From Malacoraja senta (lineage: Eukaryota): 64,000 nucleotides of DNA. Every line of letters starts with the position of its first letter. Position 1 is the first letter of the stretch. The notes beneath the pieces were generated by a model that was not told where the DNA came from, ran no database searches, and saw only the letters and a program-made list of their open reading frames with translations. Below, in pieces: positions 1 to 11,988 of the stretch. The stretch lies in assembly GCA_038087875.1 (NCBI GenBank), contig CM075989.1, positions 21,206,001-21,270,000 on the forward strand, written 5' to 3'. Made by a program: the position numbers and the translations under genes.

Positions 1-127
1 GTTTTCTCCGAGATCTTCGGTTTCCTCTCACATCCCAAAGGCGTACAGGTTTGTAGGTTAATTGGCTTTTGTAAATTGTCCCGAGGGTGTAGGATAGTCT
101 TGGTGTACGGCATGATCGCTGGTCGGC
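1..127 (+). mobile_element. HE1-type V-SINE (partial, window edge)
   Basis: ggtttcctctcacatcccaaag V-domain. Confidence 0.75.
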
Positions 128-523
128 GTTGTGGCAATGGGAATTATAAAAAGTGAGGAGAATAACATGGAGAGATTAATGTAACAAAATGGGTACTTGA
201 AACTCTGCACAGACTCTGTGGGCTGATGGGCCTCGCTCTGCAGATTTGGTGATGCCTGGTAAGATAGTGACATTTAAGAGACTATTGTTTTGGCACATGG
301 ATATGCAGGGAATGGAGGGATGTGGATCATGTGCAGGCAGATAAGAGTTGGTCTTGCCATCATGTTCGGCATGGACATTGTGGGCCGAAGGGCCTGTTCC
401 TGTGCTGTTCTATTCTATGTTCTAACTCTATGATTAAATTATTTGATGACATCCAGTAGTCTGATATTACTGACATTTGTATATATTAGCCTATAATGGA
501 TTTGTTGTACTCAGTTAAAGAAG

Positions 524-810
524 GGGTGGCACTGTGGCTCAGTTGCTGCCTCACAGCGGCAGGGACCCGGGTTCGATCCTGACCGCGGGTGCTGCCTGCA
601 CAGAGTTTGTACGTTTTCCCTGTGACCGCGTGGGTTTTCATCGGGTGCTCCGGTTTCCTCCCACATTCCAGAGACGTGCAAGTTTGTAGGTTAATTGGCT
701 TCTGTAAATTATCCCCAGTGTGTACAATAGTGTTAAGTGTACGGGATGATGGCTGGTCAGCTCAGACTTGGTGGACCAAAGGGCCTGTTTCCACACTGCA
801 TCTCTAACTA
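524..810 (+). mobile_element. HE1-type V-SINE
   Basis: tRNA-like head with B box gggttcgatcc, V-domain, CR1-like tail. Confidence 0.88.
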
Positions 811-813
811 TAA

Positions 814-1186
814 AGCCCCTGTCCCACTTAGGAGACCTAAACAGCAACCTCTGGTGACCTTGCCCACCACCCAAAAAAAAAATCAAGGTCGAGGTGACCT
901 GGAACCTCCTACCACCTCCCACCCATATGTTGAAAACCTTCCTCGACTGTGAAGAAAACCGGCTTCGACTAGACCTGTGACTAAAATATTATCGATTTTT
1001 AAAACGGCAACCGGTTTTAATCCTGATGAAAAAATAGCAGCAACCTAGATGAAGCCTCGACCACGCGGAAACCACTTTTGACCATTAGGGAGAGTGACCA
1101 AAACCTACGGTGACCTCATGGAAACCTTGGGTGGCGGGCAAGGTCACCAGAGGTTGCTGTTTAGGTCTCCTAAGTGGGACAGGGGT
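814..1186. mobile_element. MITE (PIF/Harbinger-like), ~60-bp TIRs
   Basis: agcccctgtcccacttaggagacctaaacagcaacctctggtgaccttgccc and its reverse complement at the right end. Confidence 0.85.
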
Positions 1187-1530
1187 ACTTTTGACTTTTG
1201 CACTATTACTGTCTATTTAAAAAAATATATACTGAACTTTTTTCGTAGTCTATTCTGTATTTTACAGAGTACTATATTTGCCAATCCATTGTGCTGCTGC
1301 AAGTAAGAATTTCATTGTTCTGTTTCTGGACACATGACGACTCTTGACTCATGACTACCTGTAACTAATGAGATCAAATCTCTACAGCTCGGCTGCAATT
1401 CATGAATAAATACGTTGAATCAATGGAAGCAACAGGAAGGTGTGAATTTTGTATTCGGTTAATTACTAATTCAATCCTAATCTGCTCCCTCTCTCACCAT
1501 GTCTAACACCTTGTCACAGTTTACACAACT

Positions 1531-1839
1531 TGGTGGTCATGGTGGTGCAGCGGTAGAGTTGCTGCCTTACAGCGCTTGCAACGGTTCGATCCCGACTACA
1601 GGTGCTGTCTGTACGGAGTTTGTACGTTCTCCCCGTGACCTGCGTGAGTTTTCTCCAAGATCTTCGGTTTCCTCCTACACTCCAAAGATGTTCAGGTTTG
1701 TAGGCTAATAGGCTCGGTGTAAGTGTAAATTGTCCCTAGTGTGTGTCGGGTAGCGTTAGTGTGCGGGGATCGCTGGTCGGCACGGACTCGGTGGGCCGAA
1801 GGGCTTGTTTCCGCACTGTATCTCTAAACTAAATTAAAC
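1531..1839 (+). mobile_element. HE1-type V-SINE
   Basis: Full length, (taaac)n tail. Confidence 0.9.
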
Positions 1840-2130
1840 CATGCTAAACGAAAGCATCACTGAGATAGAATGTGAATGTTAAGCACATGCTCATAGTTTA
1901 TAGCAAGGAGTCACACATGCACTATAAAAAGATCAATACACAGTCAAACAGTACAATCTGTCTCTTAGTTCACTCACAAGAAAGACTTAGATAACTCACA
2001 TAAAACAGAAAGTTGATTACCTGGCTGATGGTATGTTATCATCCATTAAGTGTATCCTACTTCAATCTGTGATTTACGGCTCTCATCCGCTACAAACGTT
2101 AATCTTACGCAAAAGTATGTTTTTCATTTA

Positions 2131-2495
2131 AGATCATGATAAAATCATGAGAGGAATAGATGCACAGAGTCTCTTGCCCAGAGTAGGGGAATCGAGGACC
2201 GGAGGAAATACGTTTAAGGCGAAGGGGGAAAGATTTAATAGGAATCTGAGAGGTCACTTTTTCCACACAAAGGGTGATGGGTGTATGGAACAAGCTGCCA
2301 GAGAAGGTAGTTGAGGCTGGGACTATCCCAACGTTTCAGAAACAGTTAGACAGGTACATGGATAGTACAAGTTTGGAGGGATACGGATCAAATGTGGGCA
2401 GGTGTGACTAGTGTAGCTGGGACATGTTGGCCGGTGTGGGCAAGTTGAGCCAAAGGGCTTGTTTCCACGCTGTATCACTCTGTGATTTTATGACA
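2131..2495 (+). mobile_element. CR1/HER1-type LINE 3' fragment
   Basis: FFTQRVxGVWNKLP-type coding remnant plus 3' UTR. Confidence 0.85.
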
Positions 2496-2877
2496 CTATC
2501 GACTTTCTATGTATATTTTGTTGAGTGGCTGTATACAACCAGTGTAATTAAAAAGGCATTAAATAACTCGTATATATAGGCTAGTCGTTATCCACGCACT
2601 ATTTTCAGAGTGCTGTGTAATATATTTGCATAAATTCCTGGTTGTTGCAGTTTTAATCCAATCTATAATGTGTTTTAAATGGATTAACAATTGTATTTAA
2701 ACAATGCTCAGGCTTTTATGAATAGGTGTTAACCAGATGGCAAGCACAATAAACCTGTTCATTTTTTAATATATTTGTATCTTTTTCAGGTTTATATGTT
2801 AATAGTATGTGGGATCGCAAATGCACATTGTAAACTTGCATGTAATAGTGCAGATTTTCCTGTGGTATGTGCATTGG

Positions 2878-3195
2878 CTTTGAGCAATTTTGGGCACAAT
2901 ATCTGAGGAAGGATGTGCTGGCCCTGGAGAGGGTCCAGAGGAGGTTTACAAGAATGATCCCAGGAATGAGTGGGTTAACCTGTGATGAGCGTTTGTCGGC
3001 ACTGGGCCTGTACTCGCTGGAGTTTAGAAGAACGAGGGGAGGACCTCATTGAAACATACAGAATAGTGAAAGGCTTGGGTAGAGTGGATGCGGAGAGGAT
3101 GTTTCAACTAGCTGGAGTCTAGGACCAGAAGTCATAGCCTGAGAATTAAAGGACATTCTTTCGGGAAAGAGACGAGGAGAATTTTCTTTAGTCCG
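2878..3195 (+). mobile_element. CR1-type LINE ORF2 C-terminal fragment
   Basis: QFWAQYLRKDVLALERVQRRFTRMIPG. Confidence 0.9.
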
Positions 3196-3197
3196 AG

Positions 3198-3377
3198 GTT
3201 TTCTCCCACATTCCAAAGACGTACAGGTTTGTAGGTTAATTGTCTACTTGGTAAACATGTAAATCATCCCTTGTGTGTGTAGGACAATGTTAGTGTGCTG
3301 GGATCGCTGGTCGGTGCAGACTCGGTGGGCCGAAGGGCCTGTTTCTGCACTGTATCTCTACACTAAACTAAACTAAA
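3198..3377 (+). mobile_element. HE1-type V-SINE, 3' half
   Basis: Consensus match. Confidence 0.85.
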
Positions 3378-3459
3378 CAAAGGGCCGCTTTGTTTCTGGC
3401 GCCAACTTGTGTCCTTCAAGTGTCAATGTTTTTAACAGTACAGAGTCTTATCTTTGTCT

Positions 3460-3612
3460 TAGACAGACACAAAATGCTGGAGTAACTCAGCAGGATAGGG
3501 AGGATCTCTGGAGAGAAGGAATGGGTGACGTTTCAGGTCGAGACAATTCTCCATTCCATCTCTCCAGAGATGCTGCCTGTCCCGCTGAGTTGCTCCAGCA
3601 TTTTGTGTCTAT
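3460..3612. mobile_element. Inverted pLTR pair (palindromic)
   Basis: agacacaaaatgctggagtaactcagc ... gctgagttgctccagcattttgtgtct. Confidence 0.8.
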
Positions 3613-4020
3613 CCGAGGCGGGCGAGCCAGGCATGCTGTCGGGGATGTGTCCACGACTCACCTGGACCTTCTGTCTTATGTCGATATCTTCAGTGAAGGA
3701 ACCTCTAATGGTGGGATGGACTGAAGAACTAGAGGAGCAAATGGATTGCAATGTGAGTTGTGCCAAGCTGTATATTCCTGTGAGTCTGTTGATCCTCTCA
3801 CCAAAAAAAGACTTTAATTATGCTTCCACCTCTACAAAATTAAAATAAAAAGTGATTGGGACTTTTGGGATCTCTTGTGGAGGTTATGGGGCCAACAAGG
3901 TCTATCTATGGGGACAGTGCAGGAAATGGTGCTGAGGTGGAAGATCAGCCATCATCTTGATGAATGCAGAGCAGACCCGGGCCAAATCACTGCACTTGCT
4001 CCTATTGGTAATTGATTAAA

Positions 4021-4325
4021 TGACACAGCGTGGCAACAGGCCGCCGAGTCCACTCCAACCATGGCTCACACTAACGAGTTCCGTCTTATCCCACTTCCAC
4101 ATCCACTCCCTACGCACTAAGTGGCAATTTACAGAGGGCCGATTAAGCTACAAACCCGCGCGGCTTTGGTGATGTGCGATGAAACCGGAGCACTCGGAGG
4201 AAACCCACACAGTCACAGGGAGAACGTGCAAACTCCATACAGGGGGCATCCGAGGTCAGCATCGAACACGTGGTCTCGGGCCCGGTAAGGCAGCAGCTCT
4301 CCCAGCAGCGTCACTGTGGCGACCC
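4021..4325 (-). mobile_element. HE1-type V-SINE (diverged)
   Basis: Consensus match. Confidence 0.8.
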
Positions 4326-5069
4326 TTATGTTCCCGTGCTTTTAACAAAATAACCAAGTAAATAGATTTCAATAAATAGAGGCCAAATGAAAGAAATGAT
4401 GCATTTGATGATAGCGACCGGCATAATTACAACCTGTTTGCTTCCATTACTTCACCTGAAAATATTCCAAATGTTTATCATGCTCTAAATAAAGAATTAC
4501 TTCCTAATTGCTGTTCCAAATTTACTTTCCATTAATTTGCATTTATGTCCTGCAGTCCTATTAGTTAATTTGCTAATTATAAGATAATTTTTTTTTGCGG
4601 TCCCAGTGCTGAAGTGTTGAAAATGGTAGGCTTCGGGCTTTGGCTGAACGTAACCTGGAAGCACACAGCCTCGATATATCTCCTTAGGTACGTATGTTCA
4701 GCATTCAAGGTGAACTCTGAGTATGGATTAAGTCGATTGCTGAGAGCTCACCCCGGCTGGAAGAGGAGAGTGTCTTGTACAAGGGCTCAGGTTTAAACAG
4801 ATGCTCCAAATTAACAATAAATGGGTCTGGTCCCATGAGCCAGAAAATCAGCTGGTGTGAAATTGGACTTGGCAGCACCCGTTTTCGGACACTACGAGCT
4901 CTCTTACAGCTCACAAATGGAATCTGAGTTGTGTGCAAGCACATCCGAAACGGGTTTCTGGAGGCGCCATTTTGGTGAAGCATTCGCAAACAGAAATAGA
5001 ACCTCGGTTCGATCCTTACTATAGGTGCTGTCTGTATGGGGTTTGTACTTTCTCCTTGTGACTGCCTAG

Positions 5070-5195
5070 GGGGTGTGAGATTGCAACGTTCACGTGGTAT
5101 GCCCTGTTTCGACAAATCGCGTGCGCAATCAAATAAGATCAAGTAGAACAAATTGTCTTGCAACTTTAGGCTGTGCACGCCATACGCAAGAAGAA
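5070..5195 (+). mobile_element. Family 1 HDV-headed short retroposon (internal deletion in the P2 3' strand)
   Basis: TSD gtgactgcctag(g) starting at 5058 and 5196; tail ccatacgcaagaagaa; inserted in an HE1 SINE. Confidence 0.88.
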
Positions 5196-5355
5196 GTGAC
5201 TGCCTAGGTTGTCTCCAGGAGCTCTGGTTTCCTCCTGCAATCCAAAGTCATACAGGTTTATAGCTTATCAAAAATGTGGAAAATCGAAGGTAGACAAAAA
5301 TGTGGAAAATCGAAGGTTGTCCAGCATCTGCAGTTCCTTCTTAAACAAAGGTTTA

Positions 5356-5711
5356 TAATAATAATAATAATAATAATGGATGGGATTTATATAGCGCCTT
5401 TCTAATACTCAAGGCGCTTTACATCGCATTATTCATTCACTCCTCAGTCACACTCGGTGGTGGTGAGCTACTTCTGTAGCCACAGCTGCCCTGGGGCAGA
5501 CTGACGGAAGCGTGGCTGCTAATCTGCGCCTACGGCCCCTCCGACCACCACCAATCACTCACACACATTCACACACATTCACACGCAGGCAAAGGTGGGT
5601 GAAGTGTCTTGCCCAAGGACACAACGACAGTATGCACTCCAAGCGGGATTCGAACCGGCTACCTTCCGGTTGCCAGCCGAACACTTAGCCCATTGCGCCA
5701 TCTGTCGTCCC
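5356..5711 (-). mobile_element. tRNA-derived CORE-type SINE with L2-like tail
   Basis: A box TGGCGCAATGG, B box GGTTCGAATCC, CORE-like gtgtccttgggcaagacacttcaccc, tail gtaaagcgccttgag...aggcgctatataaat(att)n. Confidence 0.82.
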
Positions 5712-6074
5712 GATTATAGGTTAATTGGCTTCGGTAAAATTGTAAATTATCCCTCGTGTGTAAGTTAGTGCTAGTGTGCGGGAATCGTTGGTCGGTGTAG
5801 ACTTGGTGGACCAAAGGGCCTGTTTCCACGCTGTATCTCCAAAGTCTAAAGTCTCCCTTTAGATAATTCCTAGTGTCAGAGAACAGTAACGTTAGCTGAC
5901 CCTCAGACTGTGACATGTCTTCTGGACATGCCGCTGGTCATCATAATATTATAAAACATCAAGAGCAAAGTTCTGTAACAAAAACAATCCTGGTCCCAGG
6001 CATAAATAAAGTGTTTCAATGAAAATCTGATTCATAAAGCTCAGAATAAAAGATGATAGAAAAATAGATGACCA

Positions 6075-6702
6075 TTCAGAATAAGGGGTAGGCCATTTAG
6101 GACTGAGATGAGGAAAAACTTTTTCACCCAGAGAGTTGTGAATCTGTGGAATTCTCTGCCACAGAATGCAGTGGAGGCCAATTCACTGGATGTTTTCACG
6201 AGAGAGTTAGATATAGCTCTTAAAGCCCTGTCCCACGGTACGAGTTCATTCCAAGAGCTCTCCCGAGTTTAAAAAAATTAAACTCGTGGTAAGCACGTAG
6301 AATGAACGTAGCGGGTACGTCGGAGCTCGGGGACGTCTCTTAGCGGCTCGTAACGCTAACGGCAGGCACTCGGGAAGACTCGCTAACGGCAGGTAAGCTC
6401 GGGAAGACTCGTGAAGATTTTTCAACATGTTGAAAAATGTCCACGAGAGCCCCGAGTACCGACGAGCGGCCTTTACCGTAAATCTCCAAGTTCGAATCAG
6501 GGCAAACTCGGGAGAGCTCTTGGAATGAACTCGCACCATGGGACAGGGCTATTAGGGCTAACGGAATCAAGAGATATGGGGAGAAAGCAGGAACGTGGGT
6601 AATGATTGTGGATGATCAGCCGTAATCATATTGAATGGCGGTGCTGGCTCGAAGGGCTGAATGGCCTACTCCTACTATTTGCTATGTTTCTATGGTTCTA
6701 TA
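6075..6702 (+). mobile_element. CR1-type LINE 3' end (split by a MITE)
   Basis: FFTQRVVNLWNSLP coding remnant plus 3' UTR. Confidence 0.88.
6223..6551. mobile_element. MITE (PIF/Harbinger-like) inserted in a CR1 fragment
   Basis: TIR agccctgtccca...; TTA duplicated at 6220-6222 and 6552-6554. Confidence 0.88.
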
Positions 6703-7239
6703 TTTATAGTGAGCGGTGTCACAAGTACTTCAGCAACACCAATATCACTTTGATATTCCATTGACGCTTCCTCTTTTCTTTATTATAGGTATGGGCTTTG
6801 TAGTTGAATCCAGTTCAACAAATATGAGATTGGAAAGTGTGGTTCGCTTGTCGCATTTGCAAATAATACAAAAGAATGATTTACAATTATGTTTTTGCTG
6901 TTCACATTGTCAGGGTCTTCCGAAATCTTCACATTTTCATGTTCATAAGTGATAGGAGCAGAATTAGGCCATTTGACCCATCAAATCTTGGCTGATCTAT
7001 CTCTCTCTCCTTACCCCATTCCCCTGCCTTCTCCCCATAACATTTGAATGAATGAATGCATAGGTTTATGAATGAATAAGTTTATTTGGTCAAGTATTCA
7101 CATACAAGGAATTTGCCTTGGTGCTCCGCCCGCAAGTGACAACGTGACATACAGTGACAGTCAGGAATGACACATAAAACATTGGCTAATTAAATATGAT
7201 TGTGATTGTGATTGTGATTATGATAACCACAATTTGACA

Positions 7240-7495
7240 CCAGTCCTAATCACGAACCCATCAATGCCTTAAGTAAAGCCAATATCTTGGCCTCCACAGC
7301 CGTCTGAGGCAATAAATTCCATAGATTCGTCACCCTCTGGCTAAAGATATTCCTCCTCATCTCCATTCCAAAGATACGTCCTTTTATTCTGAGGCTGTGC
7401 CCTCTGGTCCTAGACTCTCCCATTACTTTAAACCCTCTCCACATCCAATCTAGGCCTTTCATTATTCGGTGGGTTTCAATGAGGACCCCCCTCGT
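7240..7495 (-). mobile_element. CR1-type LINE fragment
   Basis: GESRTRGHSLRIKG...SQRVTNLWNLLP. Confidence 0.85.
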
Positions 7496-7802
7496 CTTTC
7501 TTTACAGACAATGAAGTATCTTAATGATGGTGCATCTACTCCAATGTGGGGAAATTGTCCTCCAATTCGCAGATGGCAAGGCCACAGAGAAAGCAATTGC
7601 AAGATCGACCTCATAACATGAAGACACAAGATGCTGGAGCCTTGAGCAAAACACAACGTTCTGGAGGAACTCAGCGGGTCAGGCGACATCTTTGGAGGGA
7701 ATGAACGGATGATGTTTTGGGTCGGGATTCTTCTTCAGACTCTTCTTCTTCCTCTGAAGAAGCCTCAAATCCCAAAACATCGCCTGTGCCCATTGTCTCT
7801 GA

Positions 7803-8008
7803 AGGGGGCAGTAGAGGCCGGTTCTCGGGATACTTTCAAGAGAGAGCTAGATAGGGCTCTTACAGATAGCGGAGTCAGGGAATATGGGGAGAAGGCAGGA
7901 ATGGGGTACTGATTGGGGATGATCAGCCATGATCACATTGAATGGCGGTGCTGGCTCGAAGGCCAAATGGCCTACTCCTGCACCTATTGTCTATTGTCTA
8001 TTGTCTAT
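7803..8008 (+). mobile_element. CR1-type LINE 3' end
   Basis: FKRELDRAL...GY-stop; (ctattgt)n tail. Confidence 0.88.
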
Positions 8009-8643
8009 TAAGATGCTGCCTGACCCACTGAAACGCACTGAGTTCCTCCGATCACTATGTGTTTTGACCACATGATCTCCTTGAGTGGTGTTTGTTAAGG
8101 TTAGTCGCTCATTCCACTGAATATAACCACGATTCTTCTCATCAAAATTATGACTTGAGATGTTTCATATACAAATAATGACAAAGAAAGAATCTACACA
8201 AATCGCAATGGGATAACTGACCAGTTTGTAGATGGTGATGCTTCATAAGACTGACTTGATTCATCTATTGCATCTGCCTGATTAGGCCGGACCTTGTTCG
8301 ACTTTCTTTCATCTGTGGACACACAAGATGCTGGAGCCTTGAGCAAAAACACAAAAAAATTTCATCTGACACGCAGTACCTCTGACTTCCATTATTCCCC
8401 TCATTTTCCCCCAGTTCTGTGCTGAAGATGACAAACAACAGACAACTAGTACAATTAATTATGTCTGCCCTGCCAAGAAATATGAATGAATGTATATGAA
8501 TGAATTATGTATGTGAATGAATGTATAAATGTGTGCATATGTATATATATATATATATGAATGTACATGGATGGTGCATATGGATTAATGTATGTGTATA
8601 TATGTGTGTGTGTGTGAATGTATATGAATGAATTAGTGTAAAA

Positions 8644-8797
8644 GCTTCTCCATGGATTGTCACCTTGTCGTGGTGGAGAAGCTTGTGTGGTCCTGACGTC
8701 CTGAGATCCTGAGAGCGATGCCGTCTGGAGCTATGCTCCTGGTAGGGCCACCCATGGCGGTAAGGTCGAGGGGGAGGACTCTGACAAAGAGCAATCC
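8644..8797 (+). ncRNA. Candidate variant HDV-like ribozyme at the 5' end of the RTE-like element
   Basis: P1 (G)CUUCUCC/GGAGAAG(C), P2 GGAUUGUC/GA(G)CAAUCC, P3 ACC/GGU, L3 UUGUCGU, long P4, J4/2 CAAA (C8785). Confidence 0.6.
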
Positions 8798-9053
8798 AAC
8801 CAAGACCTCAACGGAGGAACAGGCGGAGGGCGATGGCTGACTTTAGTGGACCGTCACAACAGCTTGGAAGGCGGATGAAGGCTGCAGCAGAAAAGGGTCT
8901 CCGGTCGTCTTGGACTCCATGCCACTGGATCCTGACCCAGATCTGTCAAGGACCGTCGGGTGGCTGTCTGTGCACCAGTCTCCCCACGCACGCACAGGCG
9001 TCCTCCAACCGTGGAGACACCCATGGTCAGTCAAGACCGAAGGGGGCCTAAGA
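8644..9053 (+). mobile_element. RTE (Expander/Rex3/BovB-like) derived non-autonomous element
   Basis: 9-bp TSD agtgtaaaa at 8635-8643 and 9054-9062; 5' part (caccttgtcgtggtggag...ctggtagggccacccatggc...gacaaagagc) resembles RTE-clade 5' UTRs as I recall them; short taagaa tail. Confidence 0.75.
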
Positions 9054-9128
9054 AGTGTAAAAATAAACAAATGATACATGTGAATGAATGTATATTGATG
9101 AATGTATTGTATATGTTTCAAGAGAGAT

Positions 9129-9305
9129 GTTTCAAGAGAGAGCTAGATAGGGCTCTTAAAAATAGCGGCTTCAGGGGATATGGGGAGAAGGCAGGAACGG
9201 GGTACTGATTGGGGATGATCAGCCATGATCACATTGAATGGCGGTGCTGGCTCGAAGGGCCAAATGGGCTACTCCTGCACCTATTGTCTATTGTCTATTG
9301 TCTAT
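9129..9305 (+). mobile_element. CR1-type LINE 3' end
   Basis: Same as 7803-8008. Confidence 0.88.
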
Positions 9306-10265
9306 ATGCATCTATATGTGTGTGTGTATATATGAATGATGTATATGAATATATGTGCATGTATATATATATATATATATGTGTGTATATATGAATGATG
9401 TATATGAATGTATGTGCATGTATATATATATGAGTGTGTATATATGAATGATGTATATGAATGAATGGAATTGGATTTAGCAGCAGTTACAGGATGAGTG
9501 TCATTTTTCATTCTGCGTTAGGTTGGCGTAATTGTAACAATTGGCATCCTTTGTACAATAGCTCTTCAAATAACTTGCCATAATTATAGAAACTGGCACG
9601 GTTGTACAGTTGCTCTAGGTGACACAGCTGCTCCAATCCAAATTAAACCGTGGTTAGTCATGGCCTGACTCAGTCGGAACAAGAGCGATCATTAACAAAG
9701 GTAGGATCATTAAATGGGCACAGTTGGCGAGGTGGCAGCATCCCTGAAAACATCCACATCTGGCAGCAGTGAAAGGCAATGGCGAGGCCTACTGCTACGC
9801 CTGGTTTGTTCGACACAAATATTACATGTTGTCATCAGTAATATTGCATATTGTCAAGCTGGCATCCTTTATCCCGTGGGTGTTAGCAAAATAGGGGGAA
9901 AAAAATGCCGCGTAACTTCGTGTAATTGCGTTGGCATTCCAATAACTTTATAGGAAAGAAAGAAAGCAAGAATTACTGTATGTTAATGACCATATTTTCT
10001 GCCTACCTGACACCTAAATCTCCAATTTGTATTCTTTTTCGGGCTGTGATACGCTGAATATTGGCAATCTCCTGCATGGGATAATGCCATTCCTGGATAT
10101 TTAATTACTACTTTTTCGACAATCCATATGCCACATAAATAATGCATAGCACCTTGTAAAGTAAATGAGTGCAGGATTTCGGTTAGTCATTTTTTGTTGT
10201 TGTAGTAAAATGGCATTTCCCTGGCCTTTCTGGAGGCTGCACATAAAGGCTACTAATGTGCACGA

Positions 10266-10465
10266 AGGAACCGCAGATGCTGGCTTAAACCGAAGGTAGA
10301 CACTAAATGCTGGAGTAACTCAGCGGGACAGGTAGCATCTCTGGAGAAAAGGAATAGGTGAATAGACAGATGAAGGAGAAGTGTCTCGACCCGAAGCGTC
10401 ACCCATTCCTTATCTCCAAAGATGCTGTCTGACCCGCTGAGTTACTCCAGCTTCTTGAGTCTATT
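10266..10465. mobile_element. Inverted pLTR pair
   Basis: Head-to-head arms; spacer shared with 11265-11476. Confidence 0.75.
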
Positions 10466-10498
10466 GCGGGACAGGCAGCATCTCTGGAGAGAAGGAAT

Positions 10499-10533
10499 GG
10501 GTGACGTTTCGGGTCGAGACCCTTCTTCAGACT
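10499..10533 (-). ncRNA. Minimal hammerhead core in solo pLTR
   Basis: Same intact CUGAAGA...GAAACGUC core as 53281-53314. Confidence 0.6.
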
Positions 10534-11264
10534 GATGGCTACTAATGAATGGTATTTAGTTACAGCCTCCCCCCCTCCCCCCCCCACCACACACGCATGC
10601 TCCAGAAATTCTAATTTTGTACCAGAGAAGGGTTTAACTGTTGGGAAAAGCCTCTAGCCATGTTGACCTCTGAGGTGCCAGGGTGTCTGGTCTGAGGGCA
10701 GATGGCTTGATCCATCTGCAGGGATCCAACATAGCGGTGGCATATTACTGAAACTATTCTGGACCTTGGATAAGAAGTTATTGGCCTGTTGACAGGGAGC
10801 ACCTGCTAACATCAAGCCTCCTCTGCATTCTTTACATTCGCGGCAGTAAAGGATTATTTTCAGTTGTGCGAAATGATCTCTGTGGCAGTAGGTGACCCCA
10901 GGGGTCATATGCGCTGTGTGTCTCTTTAGAAGTTAAATGATCCATTAGAAACAAGCCAGTCCTTGCAAAATGCGGCCAGTATTGACACAGCTGATCGCTT
11001 GGTGATGAGACTCTCTCTGTTAAAGAAACAATTAATAGCAAATTACATCCATCCCACTAATTAGCCGGCGAATCAAAGGAATGTAACCTTCTATGCTTGT
11101 ACAATATTTATGATTTAAAATATATTGTTTTTGATGGCAATGGCATTCTTTTGTAAATGTTTAATGCAAGAAAAACTTAATAAATGTGCTGATATTATAC
11201 GGTTGGCTACACGTCCTGATATTATTGAACGCGCAATTACACCATTCTGCTATTCATTTTTAAT

Positions 11265-11476
11265 GTGTAGGAAGGAACTGCAGGTGCTAGGGTTTTTAAA
11301 CCGAAAGGAGACACAAAAAGCTGGAGTAACTCAGCGGGCCAGACAGCATCTCTGGAGTAAAGGAATAGGTGAATAGACAGACGAGGGGGAAGGGTCTCGA
11401 CCTGAAGCGTCACCCATTCCTTATCTCCAAAGATGCTGTCTGACCCGCTGAGTTACTCCAGCTTTTTGAGTCTATT
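11265..11476. mobile_element. Inverted pLTR pair
   Basis: Near copy of 10266-10465. Confidence 0.75.
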
Positions 11477-11988
11477 CATTTTTAATGGTTGATAATAGGC
11501 AGATTTTCTTTTGTGTATGTGTGGGGGTGGGAAAGGGGTGCCGGAGGTAGTGGGCCAACGTCTGAAAGAGGCAGTGCTCTCAGAGGCAAGAAAATACTTG
11601 CACGCACTTGCACGACATTAATTGACATTGCCCCAAACAGGTCAAAATGTCATTCTCTCTCGACATCAGAGCACAACACTCAAGTCTATTCTGCCTTCAG
11701 GGATTTGAAATTAGATTCTAAATTAGGAAACAGTAGTGGTCCCCCTTTGCTTGGTTTATAATAGGTTATCTTATATAAGCTGGATGTCAAATCATATGTG
11801 GAATATTGGCATAGTTATTTCGCAACTCAGCACAGGTGTTTGGGGTTAGAGTATCCCATTTATAAATGTCTTTGCAAGCATTAACTGCTCATACTTAGAA
11901 CAAAAGGAACGTCAGTGCCTAACAGCCGAGATTGCAGTTAATGAAATATGACCTAGTTCGGACCTGTATTTAAAGCATGCACACTCCA

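Larger units (their letters stand above)
5002..5851 (+). mobile_element. HE1-type V-SINE with three nested insertions
   Basis: HE1 segments at 5002-5069, 5196-5262 and ~5714-5851. Confidence 0.82.
8483..9466. repeat. Degenerate TA/TG/GAAT low-complexity tract hosting RTE and CR1 insertions
   Basis: Segments 8483-8634, 9063-9115 and 9306-9466. Confidence 0.8.
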
